32,386 nucleotides of DNA from Octopus bimaculoides. Taxonomy: Eukaryota. The notes beneath the pieces are model-generated. The model was not told where the DNA came from, did no database searches, and worked only from the letters and a program-made list of their open reading frames with translations. The stretch covers positions 17,502,310 to 17,534,695 of the forward strand of contig NC_069001.1 in the NCBI RefSeq assembly GCF_001194135.2, in the 5' to 3' direction. Of this stretch, positions 1-10,995 are shown in pieces; the first letter of the stretch is position 1; each line of letters starts with the position of its first letter. The position numbers and the translations under genes were made by a program.

Positions 1-41
<41 letters not shown>
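1..41. repeat. (TA)n microsatellite
   Basis: Perfect TA run read directly. Confidence 0.98.
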
Positions 42-45
<4 letters not shown>

Positions 46-224
46 TAGTTTATATATGTATGCATGTCATGTAGGAGTCTCTCATCTATTGGATTACTTT
101 CTAAAGTCTGACGATTCATCTATGTATAACTGTTTCTTTATTTCCTCTCGCTCTCAATCACTTCTAATTTCCTTCTCCCCCTTCTCCTTATCTCTATTTT
201 TCTCACTGTTCTACATATAATTCA

Positions 225-227
<3 letters not shown>

Positions 228-281
<54 letters not shown>
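228..281. repeat. (CT)n microsatellite
   Basis: Perfect CT run. Confidence 0.98.
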
Positions 282-285
<4 letters not shown>

Positions 286-325
286 GTTATACGTCCATGT
301 ACATTTGCGTCGGTTTTCTTGGAAC

Positions 326-430
326 AATAATGGCGACTTCAGTTGAAGACGGATTCTCTAAATTCTATAAATTTAATTAGAAACTAATCACCACTTCCGG
401 TAGAGAGTTCTGGCAGCCAGTACTTCCGGT
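326..430. promoter_or_regulatory. Possible housekeeping-type promoter motifs (YY1-like plus two ETS/GABP-like sites)
   Basis: AATAATGGCGAC at 326-337 (YY1-like AAnATGGCG); ACTTCCGGT at 393-401 and 422-430. No linked exon found, and the ATG at 330 closes after 16 codons. Confidence 0.3.
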
Positions 431-600
431 AAACACATATCGACCAGTCATTTACATGTAATTATAACACCAGTTCCTTTATTCATGGCTGTTTGTGACT
501 TGATATACATACATTAATGCGTCTAGTTAAACTTAAAAATGTATCTATATGAATGCACCCATCAAACATACATACATACATACATACATTACATATATAG

Positions 601-601
<1 letters not shown>

Positions 602-656
<55 letters not shown>
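602..656. repeat. (TG)n microsatellite running into an assembly gap (657-998)
   Basis: Perfect TG run followed by Ns. Confidence 0.97.
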
Positions 657-1122
657 NNNNNNNNNNNNNNNNNNNNNNNNNNNNNNNNNNNNNNNNNNNN
701 NNNNNNNNNNNNNNNNNNNNNNNNNNNNNNNNNNNNNNNNNNNNNNNNNNNNNNNNNNNNNNNNNNNNNNNNNNNNNNNNNNNNNNNNNNNNNNNNNNNN
801 NNNNNNNNNNNNNNNNNNNNNNNNNNNNNNNNNNNNNNNNNNNNNNNNNNNNNNNNNNNNNNNNNNNNNNNNNNNNNNNNNNNNNNNNNNNNNNNNNNNN
901 NNNNNNNNNNNNNNNNNNNNNNNNNNNNNNNNNNNNNNNNNNNNNNNNNNNNNNNNNNNNNNNNNNNNNNNNNNNNNNNNNNNNNNNNNNNNNNNNNNAT
1001 ATATATAAATGCGCGCGCGTGCTGTGTATGTGAGACGTGCAAGAATGTAATTTGATAAATATAACAGCGATCAATAATATATATTTGATTTGTTAAGCCA
1101 CATTTCAGTCAACTAGGCACAC

Positions 1123-1123
<1 letters not shown>

Positions 1124-1174
<51 letters not shown>

Positions 1175-1200
1175 GTCTCTCTCTCTCTCTCTCTCTTCTC
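1124..1200. repeat. (CT)n microsatellite, imperfect
   Basis: CT run with CTGT interruptions. Confidence 0.95.
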
Positions 1201-2252
1201 TCTTTCTCCCGGCCTCTGTCTTTCTCACACTTTCTTTCTCTCCCCTATCTACATATTTCTACATTTCTCTCTCTCGCTTTTTTTCTCCGTATTCTTTGCT
1301 ATGATTCATTTTCTCTCTATATATCTGCTTTGCTCTTCCCTCTATCGTGCTTACAAAATCACACGTGACATTTGAAACAACAACAATACACACACACACA
1401 GACTCTCTGACAAACACAGAAATATATACAGAGAGGGAGAGGGAGGATAGAGAGAGCAAGACAAGGATATAGCGAATATTCATACGCAGCAAACACACAT
1501 ACATGTACACATACACACACAGCTCAACCACACCATATATTAGTAAACAAGGAAATTAATATTTTACCAATTTTTATGTCTGATTCTCTCGACACAGTTC
1601 TGAAGACATGTTATACGATTGGGTTCGTGGTGAGGTGAAACCATTGGGTTTCTCAAGCAGTTTCATATCACTGTTGTGACTACAGTGAGGTGTCACCCGA
1701 ATGTCTACTGTGACGTGTTACAACTTTAGCTATTACGAAGTGTCTGTACTATCCTGCCATAGTTGTGTATGAGTCGATGTTCCCTAATTGTGTCCCAGGT
1801 GTCACACCTTTATCTCTCAATATCAGAAATTCGTGACACAATTGTTCCGTACAGAGCTGACCGTGATACAGGTCACAACAGCTCCTAATATAGTTAGACG
1901 GAGTGGTGGAGGATATGTTCACTACTATGTCGTTATTTTGATACTTAAGTTTCAGCCACAATTGGCCCAGGCCATGACTAACTTAATACCACCACCTGAC
2001 AAAACATTCAATTATACTTCATGTCAATTTGGGCACCAAAGTGCATTCGTGTAAACAGTTATTTCTTGCAGAGATATATCCGAGTGTAGATGATTTATTT
2101 GGAATTTGAGGGAAGAATTCGTCCAAGGACCGTTTGAATGTTATGGGGTCTCTTTCTTCCCTTATGCGTCTTAGTATAATACTAAAGAGAGCAGGGCCAG
2201 TGAAATTGTTACTGGCATCGATATCGTTCTTTTTATTGCTAGTAATATTGTT

Positions 2253-2315
2253 GTTTAACCCAGCTCAGCTGATTTTTCGGAACTTATGACCAAAAGCGTC
2301 CCAGTCATAATCATC
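2253..2315 (-). mobile_element. SINE 3'-tail fragment (family ending ...GCTGACCTGGGGYTAAACAAC)
   Basis: GTTTAACCCAGCTCAGCTG...TATGACCAAAAGCGTCCCAGTCAT is the reverse complement of the tail seen at 4480-4500 and 30330-30390. Confidence 0.5.
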
Positions 2316-2432
2316 TCTTCATTTATTTAGGGACACACTACCCAATGTACACTTCTCGACTTAAAGTAGTGTGTCGTTTTAAAGATGGTTTTGTCTCCTA
2401 CTTTTAGATGTCATTGCTTTTACTTTTGTCAT

Positions 2433-2490
2433 TGTAGTAGTAGTAGTAGTAGTAGTAATAGTAATCGCTTTTGTTGTTGTTGTTGCTGTT
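2433..2490. repeat. (TAG)n/(TTG)n trinucleotide repeats
   Basis: Read directly. Confidence 0.92.
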
Positions 2491-2605
2491 GCAGCAGAGA
2501 CAGTTACACTCGGTCCGATTAAGAAAGGCTAAAGTAGTTTATACTGGGTTCGTGTCAACGAAAGAAGTGCCACTGCAGTAGAGGTTGAAGAGATGAAACA
2601 AGGGT

Positions 2606-2636
<31 letters not shown>

Positions 2637-2702
2637 GGAAGGGAGAGAGAGAGAGAGAGAGAGGAAGGAAGGGAGAGAGAGGAAGGAAGGAAGGAAGGAA
2701 GG
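2606..2702. repeat. Compound (GA)n/(GGAA)n repeat
   Basis: Alternating GA and GGAA blocks. Confidence 0.95.
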
Positions 2703-3344
2703 AAATACTGAGAGACAGAAAAGAGGTTTGAGAGAAAGAGAGATACATAGAGAGCAACACACGGAAAGAGAGAGGGGGTAAAATAATCAAGAGTTGCAGG
2801 GTAAGAGGATATTTCTGTGTAATTGAAACTGGTGGGAATAACACACACAGTGTTATCTATATACATACATATATACACATATGCATATGTGTGTAAATGC
2901 ACATATGTGTGCGTGTATATGCAAATGAAAGTATGTACATTTGCATATAAATATATAGTTAGATATTCGCACAGCTCTGTATAAAACTCACAAGTTTCGT
3001 TCGAACTATGAGTGATTACGATATTCCTCACCCTCCATCCACCCTCTCCTTAACTACTTTTCTCTCTTACAAAAGAGACAGAAAGAGTAGAGGAGGAGGA
3101 GGAGGAGGAGGAGGGGGGTATGCTTGGGTGCGTGTGGGTGTGTGTGTATGTGTGTGGGGAGGTGTGTTAGCGAACAATGTTTTTCATTCCTAAACCATCT
3201 GCGATTCTAAGGTCTTTGACTCCTTTTTCTTCACTTCCGTCACACTCCCACGATCTTCAACCCCCCCTCACTCCGCTCATCCTAATCCCAGATGTCACGT
3301 ATTGATGATTGTTACAGCAACCACGGAAAACATCTGAAGGATAG

Positions 3345-3530
3345 CGACAAAAACATCACCACCATCATCATCATCATGAACAACATGGTCAACCTCATTA
3401 TAATCATCATCATCATCGCTGTCATCATGTCACTGCCAGCAGCACATCAATATCATCATCATTGCTCTGCCATCCGCATCGCCACCAGCGCCACTACCAC
3501 TATAATCACTGGCGTTATTATCGTTAAACA
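3345..3530. repeat. Degenerate (CAT)/(CAC) low-complexity tract
   Basis: Explains the poly-I/H ORF at 3292-3585. Confidence 0.85.
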
Positions 3531-3589
3531 AGCTAAGCAAGAGCGCCGCTATATGGTCATGCAGACTGCTAGAAATGAGAGTTAAATTT

Positions 3590-3760
3590 CCTTCAAATCA
3601 GGACCGAATGTGACATGAAGGACCACATCGGGTAATGTGCACTCCACCCTAGTTCCTTGTAGGTACGAAAAAGGCTAGACCACCATGGTTGGAACAATGC
3701 CTTTAATGATATATCGACTCAAAAAAATCTGACGAATCAGGGGCTAAAACAACAGCATCA
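3590..3760 (+). mobile_element. Degraded SINE 3' portion (tail family of 2253/4340/24390/30180)
   Basis: GAAGGACCACATCGGGTAATGTG...CATGGTTGGAACAATGCCTTT...GGGGCTAAAACAAC resembles 30280-30390. Confidence 0.5.
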
Positions 3761-3854
3761 TCATCTTCACCCTTATATTCGTTATCATCATCCTCGACAT
3801 CATCGTCGTTACATCATCATCATAGCCATTATCACAATAATAATCATAATACTG

Positions 3855-3988
3855 AATTTGGCACAAGTCAGCACTTTCGGGGAAGGGCTAAGTCGATTAC
3901 ATCGACCCCAGTGTTCAACTGATACTTATTTTATCGACCCCTAAAGGATGAAAGACAAAGTCGACCCCACCAACGGCATTTGAAATAC
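3855..3988 (-). mobile_element. Octopus-type tRNA-derived SINE, 3' half
   Basis: AAGTCGATTACATCGACCCCAGTG...TTATCGACCCC..AAGGATGAAAG.CAAAGTCGAC is the reverse complement of the plus copy at 5285-5370. Confidence 0.8.
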
Positions 3989-4124
3989 TAATCATAATAT
4001 TGATATAGTTGGGAAAGGTCATATTTTGTCTACTAATCACATGTACTATCTGCTAGATAGGGATACACACCGGAGAAAGACAGAATGGAATAAGCAAAAC
4101 AAACGGAGACACGTGAGATAGAGA

Positions 4125-4266
4125 GTCTCTGAAGGGGTCACAGGATATGTGACGAAAGAACTTTGACAAAGAAACTAAAATGATACTACTAAAGCTAAAG
4201 TGAAGAGCAAATAAACAGTGCGTGTGTTTAATTGGCAAAATATGACCGTCCCCAAGTATAACAATA
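4125..4266 (+). mobile_element. Dispersed repeat with a hammerhead-like head (copy 1; copy 2 at 19091-19243)
   Basis: Shares CTGA.G.GGTCACAG..TGTGACGAAAGAACT, AAAGCT, ACAGTGCGTGTG, ATTGGC, ATGACC.TCCCCAA.TA.AACAATA with 19091-19243. Confidence 0.75.
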
Positions 4267-4339
4267 TCTGTTTCAACACACATAAACGTAAGCAAATACA
4301 TAAACGTAATTATCATAATAATTAACTTCAAACAAAAGA

Positions 4340-4500
4340 AACATCTGATTGCTTGACATGTTAGAAAAAGCAGTAATATTTTCTTTAAAATCTGATACAT
4401 TGAATTGTATAGTCAGGAATGGAGACGTTAGAAAACAATAGACAGGCTGGTATGGTTGCACGATACCATTGATCTCTAGTGCTGACCTGGAGTTAAACAA
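4340..4500 (+). mobile_element. Degraded SINE 3' portion
   Basis: GCTTGACATGTTAGAAAAAGCAG...GCTGACCTGGAGTTAAACAAC, homologous to 30200-30390. Confidence 0.6.
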
Positions 4501-4513
4501 CGATCGACAAACA

Positions 4514-4550
<37 letters not shown>

Positions 4551-4680
4551 GAATCCGAGAAACAAAATGGAATCTTGTGAACGCCATGTGCTTTTTTTTC
4601 TTCTTTTTTTCTTCGCATTTTCCCCTCTAAATATTACCAATATAGTGGAATTGAAATATAGCGACAAGGAAATATTTCTT

Positions 4681-4842
4681 ACCGGAAGTGAGTGTAACGT
4701 TACTCTACTCTGATAAGAACTATCATCGATGTATCATCGTTACCATCATCAACATTGGCTCTTACGTCTTTAGTCAGTATGTGTATGTCATTTTCGGGAA
4801 GTGTATTTATATGTTCAACCGGAACTGATCTCACCGGAAATA
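4681..4842. promoter_or_regulatory. Cluster of ETS-like CCGGAA/GGAAGT motifs
   Basis: ACCGGAAGTG (4681), CGGGAAGTG (4795), ACCGGAACTG (4818), ACCGGAAAT (4833). Confidence 0.25.
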
Positions 4843-5029
4843 AACTTCAATGTCTCTCTCTTTACTCTAATAACTATCATCATCATCACCATCTTTAACA
4901 CCTTTAGTCACTGCATGAGAGCGTGTAAATGTGTGTGTATGTGTGTAATTATGGGGTTGTATATGCTTTTAAAACTTTTTAAATATTTCGTATCTTTTGA
5001 TGTTTTAGTGTAAAATAAAATGACAGACT

Positions 5030-5440
5030 TCGTGGAACGGCGGAAGAAATTTGTTGCTGAATTCATTTGCCTCTCCTTAACGTTCTGAGTTCAAACCCCG
5101 CTGAAGTTAACTTTACTTCTTATTTCTTTATTGCCCACAAGGGGCTAAACATAGAGGGGACAAACAAGGACAGACAAAGGGATTAAGTCGATTACATCGA
5201 CCCCAGTTGGCAAAATTGTTAGCACGGTGGATGAAATGCTTACCAATATTTCACCCGTCGCTACATTCTGAGTTCGAATTCCGCCAAGGTTGACTTTGCC
5301 TTTCATCCTGTCGGGATCGATAAATTAAATACCAGTGAAACACCGAAGTTCAAGTAATTGACTAGTACCCTCCCCGCAAATTTGTGCCTGTAGTAGAAAG
5401 CATTATTATTATTATTATTATTATTACTATTGTAAACAGG
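5030..5440. mobile_element. Nest of three SINE pieces: plus head (5030-5120), minus tail (5120-5207), near-complete plus SINE with (ATT)n tail (5208-5430)
   Basis: Head motif GTTCTGAGTTCAAA..CCGC.GAGGT..ACTTT occurs twice; reverse-strand AAGTCGATTACATCGACCCCAGT lies between; the tail ends GTGCCTGTAGTAGAAAG(CATT)(ATT)n. Confidence 0.85.
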
Positions 5441-5519
5441 TGAGCTGGCCAACTGATTAGACAATTGCTTAGAAGTTCTGTTCTCTGGGTTACACAAATT
5501 CGCAGATGAGAACAGTCAC

Positions 5520-5600
<81 letters not shown>
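5520..5600. repeat. (GA)n microsatellite
   Basis: Read directly. Confidence 0.97.
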
Positions 5601-5606
<6 letters not shown>

Positions 5607-6004
5607 GAGAAAGGAGAGAGGGAGAAAGAAAGAAGGAAAGAAAGAAAGAGAGAGAGTCATAATACAACTACAGGTTGTGGTATGTTCACTGTACTCTTCT
5701 CTCTCCGCTCTGCTCTGTCCCCCTTCACCCACCATCTCGCCATTCCATTATATAACTAGAAGAAATATTTGACTCAATACTCTAAACAAATACTTAACGA
5801 ACAAAAGAAAAAAATGAAATGTGTGTTGTCTGTTAAATTTGGTCAATATTTAGATGTACTTTGCCCTCCCATCTTTTATTCTGGCCACCAATATTTGACA
5901 TTTGTTGCGTTGCTATGAACCTACACTTCTGTGCAAAAGCTATTTGTCTACACGTGTACACAGCACTTCTAATATATTTTGATCTATTATTAAAGCTAAT
6001 GGCG

Positions 6005-6125
6005 AAGGCGGCGAGCTTCAGAATAGCTAGGGAGTCGGATAAAATGCCTTTCGCACCTTCAGGGTCGATAAATAAGTATTAGCCGAGCACTGGGCTCGAT
6101 GTAATCAACTAAGCCCCTCTCCCTT
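6005..6125 (+). mobile_element. SINE copy with internal deletion
   Basis: GGCGGCGAGCT.CAGAAT...AAAATGC joins directly to CTTTC..CCTTC.GGGTCGATAAATAAGTA...CACTGGG.TCGATGTAATC.ACTAAGCCCCTC, lacking the GTTCTGAGTTCAAA segment present in the 5208 copy. Confidence 0.7.
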
Positions 6126-7486
6126 CCAAAGCATTTCTCCCGGCGTGCTAAAGATTCTGCCATATCGCCGCCTTTTGATTGATCACATATTAAACTGTTG
6201 GAAGAAATATTTCAACGATTTTATTTGAAATGCAAAAGAGGTCAGATTTCCTTTCTTCTTTCCGGGGTTGAAGAAAATATCAAAGTAGCAGTCCGGAGCG
6301 GTGGATTAATGGAACTACTAGAAAATGGGACAAAATTCCTTGTGGTATTTGTTCCGGTTCCTTTACATTCTAAATGCCCCTCAAAAGTGTAGCGAACTTG
6401 GTTNNNNNNNNNNNNNNNNNNNNNNNNNNNNNNNNNNNNNNNNNNNNNNNNNNNNNNNNNNNNNNNNNNNNNNNNNNNNNNNNNNNNNNNNNNNNNNNNN
6501 NNNNNNNNNNNNNNNNNNNNNNNNNNNNNNNNNNNNNNNNNNNNNNNNNNNNNNNNNNNNNNNNNNNNNNNNNTCTCATGTAATACACACACAGACACAC
6601 AACTTGTCAAGGAACACACTAGGGGTCGTTTAGCATAAATACGGATTTTTTCTTTTATCCTTTACTTCTTTCGGTCATTTGACTGCGGTAAGGCAGGGGC
6701 ACCAAAATATAGGGGGAGGTTATTTCAAATATTTACACAATTAAACATGTACTGGGTTACGTAATGTAAAGGCGTGCACACACACACACACACACACCAA
6801 CACGCACACACACACACACACACACACCAACACACAAACACACACACAACATAAGATACTTTTAAAAAACAAAATAAATTTCTTTTATTTTATTTTCAGT
6901 TTGTTTAAATATTGATTTTCAATTTGTTATAATTTCTATTGTAATCGTTGTCGTTTCTGAGATACCAGAGTGGAGAGACTCGCAATTAATCAATCAAGCA
7001 AGCAAACAAACAAACAAACTGTTGGGAAAACTGAGGCACCGAATTGTTGGCTGGATGGGATGTGGGAGAAGATCAGAGAAGAATTGTTGAGATGCACAAA
7101 ACAAAGAAATACTTCTTCAAAACTGATTAATGCATCTTGGGTAAACTTTGAGACTGCCACAGAATAAAGAACAAGAGAAGGAAATCATATTTGTATAGAA
7201 CAAGAAACGCTGATATTGTTAGCATTATCTCCAGCATTGTACAAAACTATAATTATATATTGGTTTATAAATGTGTGTGTGCGCGCGCGTATGTGTGCGT
7301 GTGTGATCTGCTGTGATTCTTAGTATAAAAAAGGAAAGCGACCCAACTATAGGAAAATGTGAGGGTTTTTTCTGTCCTGTGTTCAAGTGAAATTTATAAG
7401 GTGTCTATCTGAGGAATTCAAAGATATCGACCTTACAGGAAACTCAGAATCATGTCGCATCGTATGGTCATCATTAAACTATAATA

Positions 7487-7703
7487 CAAGGTGCGGCAGA
7501 AAGGTTGCCTCGTTTTCAAAGGTTAAAAAACAAACACATGAAAAGACTTTGTATTTCTATGAAGTTCATTAAATGCTATTTTTTTTCTGTTTCAGGTCGT
7601 ACCCACCATAGCCTGGAGTGGAGAACATCGTTTTTGCTTGTATCTTCATGTGTTTGTTTTTAATAACCTTTGAAATCTTTGTCTACCTTTCTGCCGCACC
7701 TTG
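7487..7703 (+). mobile_element. Tc1/mariner-type MITE (217 bp), TA target duplication
   Basis: TA|CAAGGTGCGGCAGAAAGGT ... ACCTTTCTGCCGCACCTTG|TA is a perfect 19-bp TIR. It extends imperfectly to about 60 bp (TTTCAAAGGTT, AAAAACAAACACATGAA). Internal ATA-GCC-TGG-AGT-GGA-GAA-CAT-CGT resembles a transposase start (M)AWSGEHR. Confidence 0.9.
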
Positions 7704-8587
7704 TATATTAGCCGAGGCTCCACCCTGGTGCCACTGCGAGCACCACGTTACTACCAAACACCTTCATAAACATCAAACAGAGACGAAATAGTTGATGGAA
7801 AAATTCGAAACTTAATGACTTATATTTGAATATTTTTCTTTCGCTTATACATTCACAAAATCGGCACGCATACATACACGCGCGCGCGCACGCACATACA
7901 CACACACACACACAAGTGTTTTTAATCAACTTCTGGAAAGCGTTCACTTTCATTGTCGGGTTCAAACTGGTGTGAATTTCAATTAAGCGAAAATAGCACT
8001 GAAATGCTGTTAGGTAGACAGGAATATCATTTATTCAAAAATAAATTATTTTATTTCAATACACAAATTTGAAAACACACACACACACACACATTCATAC
8101 ATAGATAGACAGACAGACAATCTTGTTCTTACTGGTCCCTAGTTAATTACATAAACACCACCAGGCACCATAAAATATTCAAATTCTTTAGAGATTTTTC
8201 TGAAATTTAAACATTTCTGAGGCTGTACTACTCTCGTTTCATCGATAGTGAACATCCAAAAGCATTTAACTGCAAAAAGTATGTCGACAAGCTAATAACC
8301 AACGCACACACACACACACACATGCACAAACCACAGTCATTGGAATACCGAGTCTTCTGTGTCACTCTTCCTACAACTACTATACCTCGACGATGGGCTT
8401 TTCTCCTCTCAACCAGCAGCTCTTCTCACCTCACTCCACTTCTTAAGTCTTACATTAAAAATAAATTTTCACAATCATTCTTTTACTTTCTTCTTCTTCT
8501 TCTTCTTCCCTAATTCCTACCTCACCCCATTGAAATTTAGTTCGTCTGGTTTTCCTTTCCTCTTGATTGTGTTGCTTTTTAAGATCC

Positions 8588-8660
8588 CCATCATCATCAT
8601 CATCATCATCGTTATCATTGTAATTATCATCATCATTATCATCGTTGTCATCATTTTCAT
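8588..8660. repeat. (CAT)/(ATC)n degenerate trinucleotide tract
   Basis: Source of the poly-I/poly-D/poly-M ORFs here. Confidence 0.9.
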
Positions 8661-8781
8661 CGATCTGTAGAAATCTAAGCAAAACCCCACAATCACCACC
8701 ACCTTCATGCTATAGTACCAATGTGGGAATAAGGCCTGTAGAGATCAGGCACTCCGCCCCCACCCCACACATAGATATTGT

Positions 8782-8820
<39 letters not shown>

Positions 8821-9454
8821 TGCATATATACATACACTAATACATGCGCATTTGAAAGATGTACACACAAGGTGCGTGTAATAGAGATGCACCCACCACC
8901 CCCGTCACCATGTTAATTTGTTAAGTAGTTTTAAGTAGCTAACATAGATATAATACTCATATATTTATGACGTTATTAAACCCATCACGTGGTTTGACGT
9001 ATGTGTGGGCGTGTTAATATGACTGGGTGAGAGAGAGAGAAAGAAAATGTAGGTGTAATTATCTTAAGTGCATACATGTTTAAGTGGATGTAAAGAGACA
9101 TCTTGTGTGTATATCTGTGTTCTAGAGTGTTGCGTGTAAGTGCGTATGTGTGTGTGTATTAAAATTTAATTAATCCATATGCAAATTTGCTTGTATGAAT
9201 TGTGCATGTGTAATATATAGCAGTTAAATCTATGAGTTCTTAATTAAAGATAAAGCGAGCGAAGGATTATTGCAATTGTTATCTTTGTTTTCAAAGTAGG
9301 GAAAACTCAAGCCAGCTTTCAGACAATTGAACTTCGTCAGCGTAGTATAATCTAACCAAGCCTCAGAATAAATGGTTTAGAGCTATAGATATGCAAAGAG
9401 TTCGGAATATATCACGTACAACATACACAATATCTATCTCTGTATCTATCTCTT

Positions 9455-9795
9455 TTACTCTTTTACTTGTTTCAGTCATTTGACTGCGGCCATGCTGGAG
9501 CGCCGCCTTCAGTCGACCAAATCGACCGCAGGACTTATACTTTGTAAGCTTAGTACTTATTCTACCGGTCTCTTTAGCCGAATTGCTAGATTAAGGGGAC
9601 GTAAACACACCAGCATCGGTTGTAAAGCGATGTTGGGGGGGGGGGAACACAGATACACAAACATATACACACACATACATATATACATATATACGTCTAC
9701 CAAATCCGCTCAAAAGGCTTTGGTCGGCCCGAGACTATAGTAGAAGACACTTGCCCAAGGTGCAACGCAGTGGGACTGAACCCGGAACCATGAAG
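9455..9795 (-). mobile_element. Near full-length bipartite tRNA-derived SINE with internal CA/TA microsatellite
   Basis: Tail TTTTACTTGTTTCAGTCATTTGACTGCGGCCATGCTGGAGC; head ...AGAAGACACTTGCCCAAGGTGC.ACGCAGTGGGACTGAACCCGGAACCATG (B-box-like GGTTCCGGGTTCAGTCCC on minus); homologous to 20635-21016 and 25905-26275. Confidence 0.9.
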
Positions 9796-9981
9796 CTGAG
9801 AAAGGAATTACAGGACTTGAATAGAAGNNNNNNNNNNTACATATATACGTCTACCAAATCCGCTCAAAAGGCTTTGGTCGGCCCGAGACTATAGTAGAAG
9901 ACACTTGCCCAAGGTGCAACGCAGTGGGACTGAACCCGGAACCATGAAGCTGAGAAAGGAATTACAGGACTTGAATAGAAG
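9684..9981. other. Exact 144-bp duplication across a 10-N gap (likely assembly overlap)
   Basis: 9684-9827 is identical to 9838-9981. Confidence 0.85.
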
Positions 9982-10021
9982 AAACTGTAGAACTCTGGAT
10001 TAAATATCTGACAATATTTGA

Positions 10022-10180
10022 CAAGCCGAGCTAGCTGAATCGTTAGCACGGACAAAATGTTTAGCGGCGGTTCGTCCGCCTGTACGTTCTGAGTTCAAAT
10101 TCCACCGAGGTCAACTTTGACTTTCATCCTATTGACTTAGACCTTACCCCGAAATTGCTGGTCTTGCGCCAACATTTGTA
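10022..10180 (+). mobile_element. tRNA-derived SINE with internal deletion
   Basis: GAGCTAGCTGAATCGTTAGCACG...AAAATG.TTAGCGG...GTTCTGAGTTCAAATTCCACCGAGGTCAACTTTG.CTTTCATCCT, as in the 5208 copy. Confidence 0.85.
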
Positions 10181-10646
10181 ACCAACATTTAGTTACGTCC
10201 CTTTACAGTTCTGAGCCCAACACATACTCGAATCGATACTGCCTTCGCTCTTTCCGGTCGCGCCTTTTAGCAATATATGTTCTAATCCTTTTAGCACTGA
10301 GTGACCTGCGAGATGTGGTGACGTCTGTATTTAAATTCTACATGCAATACCGGAAGGAAAGCAACAGGAAACCGCTTTTGTATTTTTTTCCCACCAAATT
10401 TCCATGACAAGTACATTGCGGATGTCAAGGAGGTCGCAGGGGTTATTCTTCGATCTGACAGTTCAGAAAGAAACCAGGGAACCACATATTGGCGCAGTCG
10501 CTGAGACGGCCAAATTGAATATCATTGAAAGGTGTCGAAGTGATGATATTTGGTCGATAGCTAATGAGGAATTGAGCACGTCTTCATTTATTGGGTTTTT
10601 ACCTGCTTCTTCGTATGTTCCTTTATCGTGCCCCACATTTTAAGTT

Positions 10647-10649
10647 TGC

Positions 10650-10706
<57 letters not shown>
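10647..10706. repeat. (TG)n microsatellite abutting gap
   Basis: Read directly. Confidence 0.95.
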
Positions 10707-10759
10707 NNNNNNNNNNNNNNNNNNNNNNNNNNNNNNNNNNNNNNNNNNNNNNNNNNNNN

Positions 10760-10995
10760 TCCGTCGGTTACGACGACGAGGGTTCCAGTTGATCCGATCA
10801 ACGGAACGGCCTGCTCGTGAAATTAACGTGCAAGTGGCTGAGCACTCCACAGACACGTGTACTCTTAACGTAGTTCTCGGTGAGATTCAGCGTGACACAA
10901 TGTGACGAGGATGGCCTTTTGAAATACAGGTACAACAGAAACAGGAAGAGAGAGTGAGAGAAAGTTGCGGTGAAAGAGTATAGCAGGGTTCGCAC
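10760..10995 (+). mobile_element. SINE-like interspersed repeat (central and 3' part)
   Basis: GGAACGGCCTGCTCGTGAAATTAACGTGCAAGTGGCTGAGCACTCCACAGACACGTGTAC...GAGATTCAGCGTGACAC is a sequence I recall as a frequent octopus repeat; single copy here, so not confirmed internally. Confidence 0.55.

Noticed and set aside
1609-1650. CTGAAGA ... GAAAC pair resembling a hammerhead
   Set aside because: No stem II closing pair (C vs U) and no stem I or III pairing.
2529-2600. Possible minus-strand exon after a polypyrimidine tract ending CTACTGCAG
   Set aside because: All three frames stop within 45 nt, the donors are weak, and the tract is just a (CT)n microsatellite.
6970-7167. 65-aa ORF in unique sequence
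   Set aside because: No recognisable motif, partly built on an (AAAC)n repeat, and no convincing splice acceptor.
10404-10643. 79-aa ORF / putative exon
   Set aside because: No recognisable domain and weak splice signals; cannot be supported without expression data.
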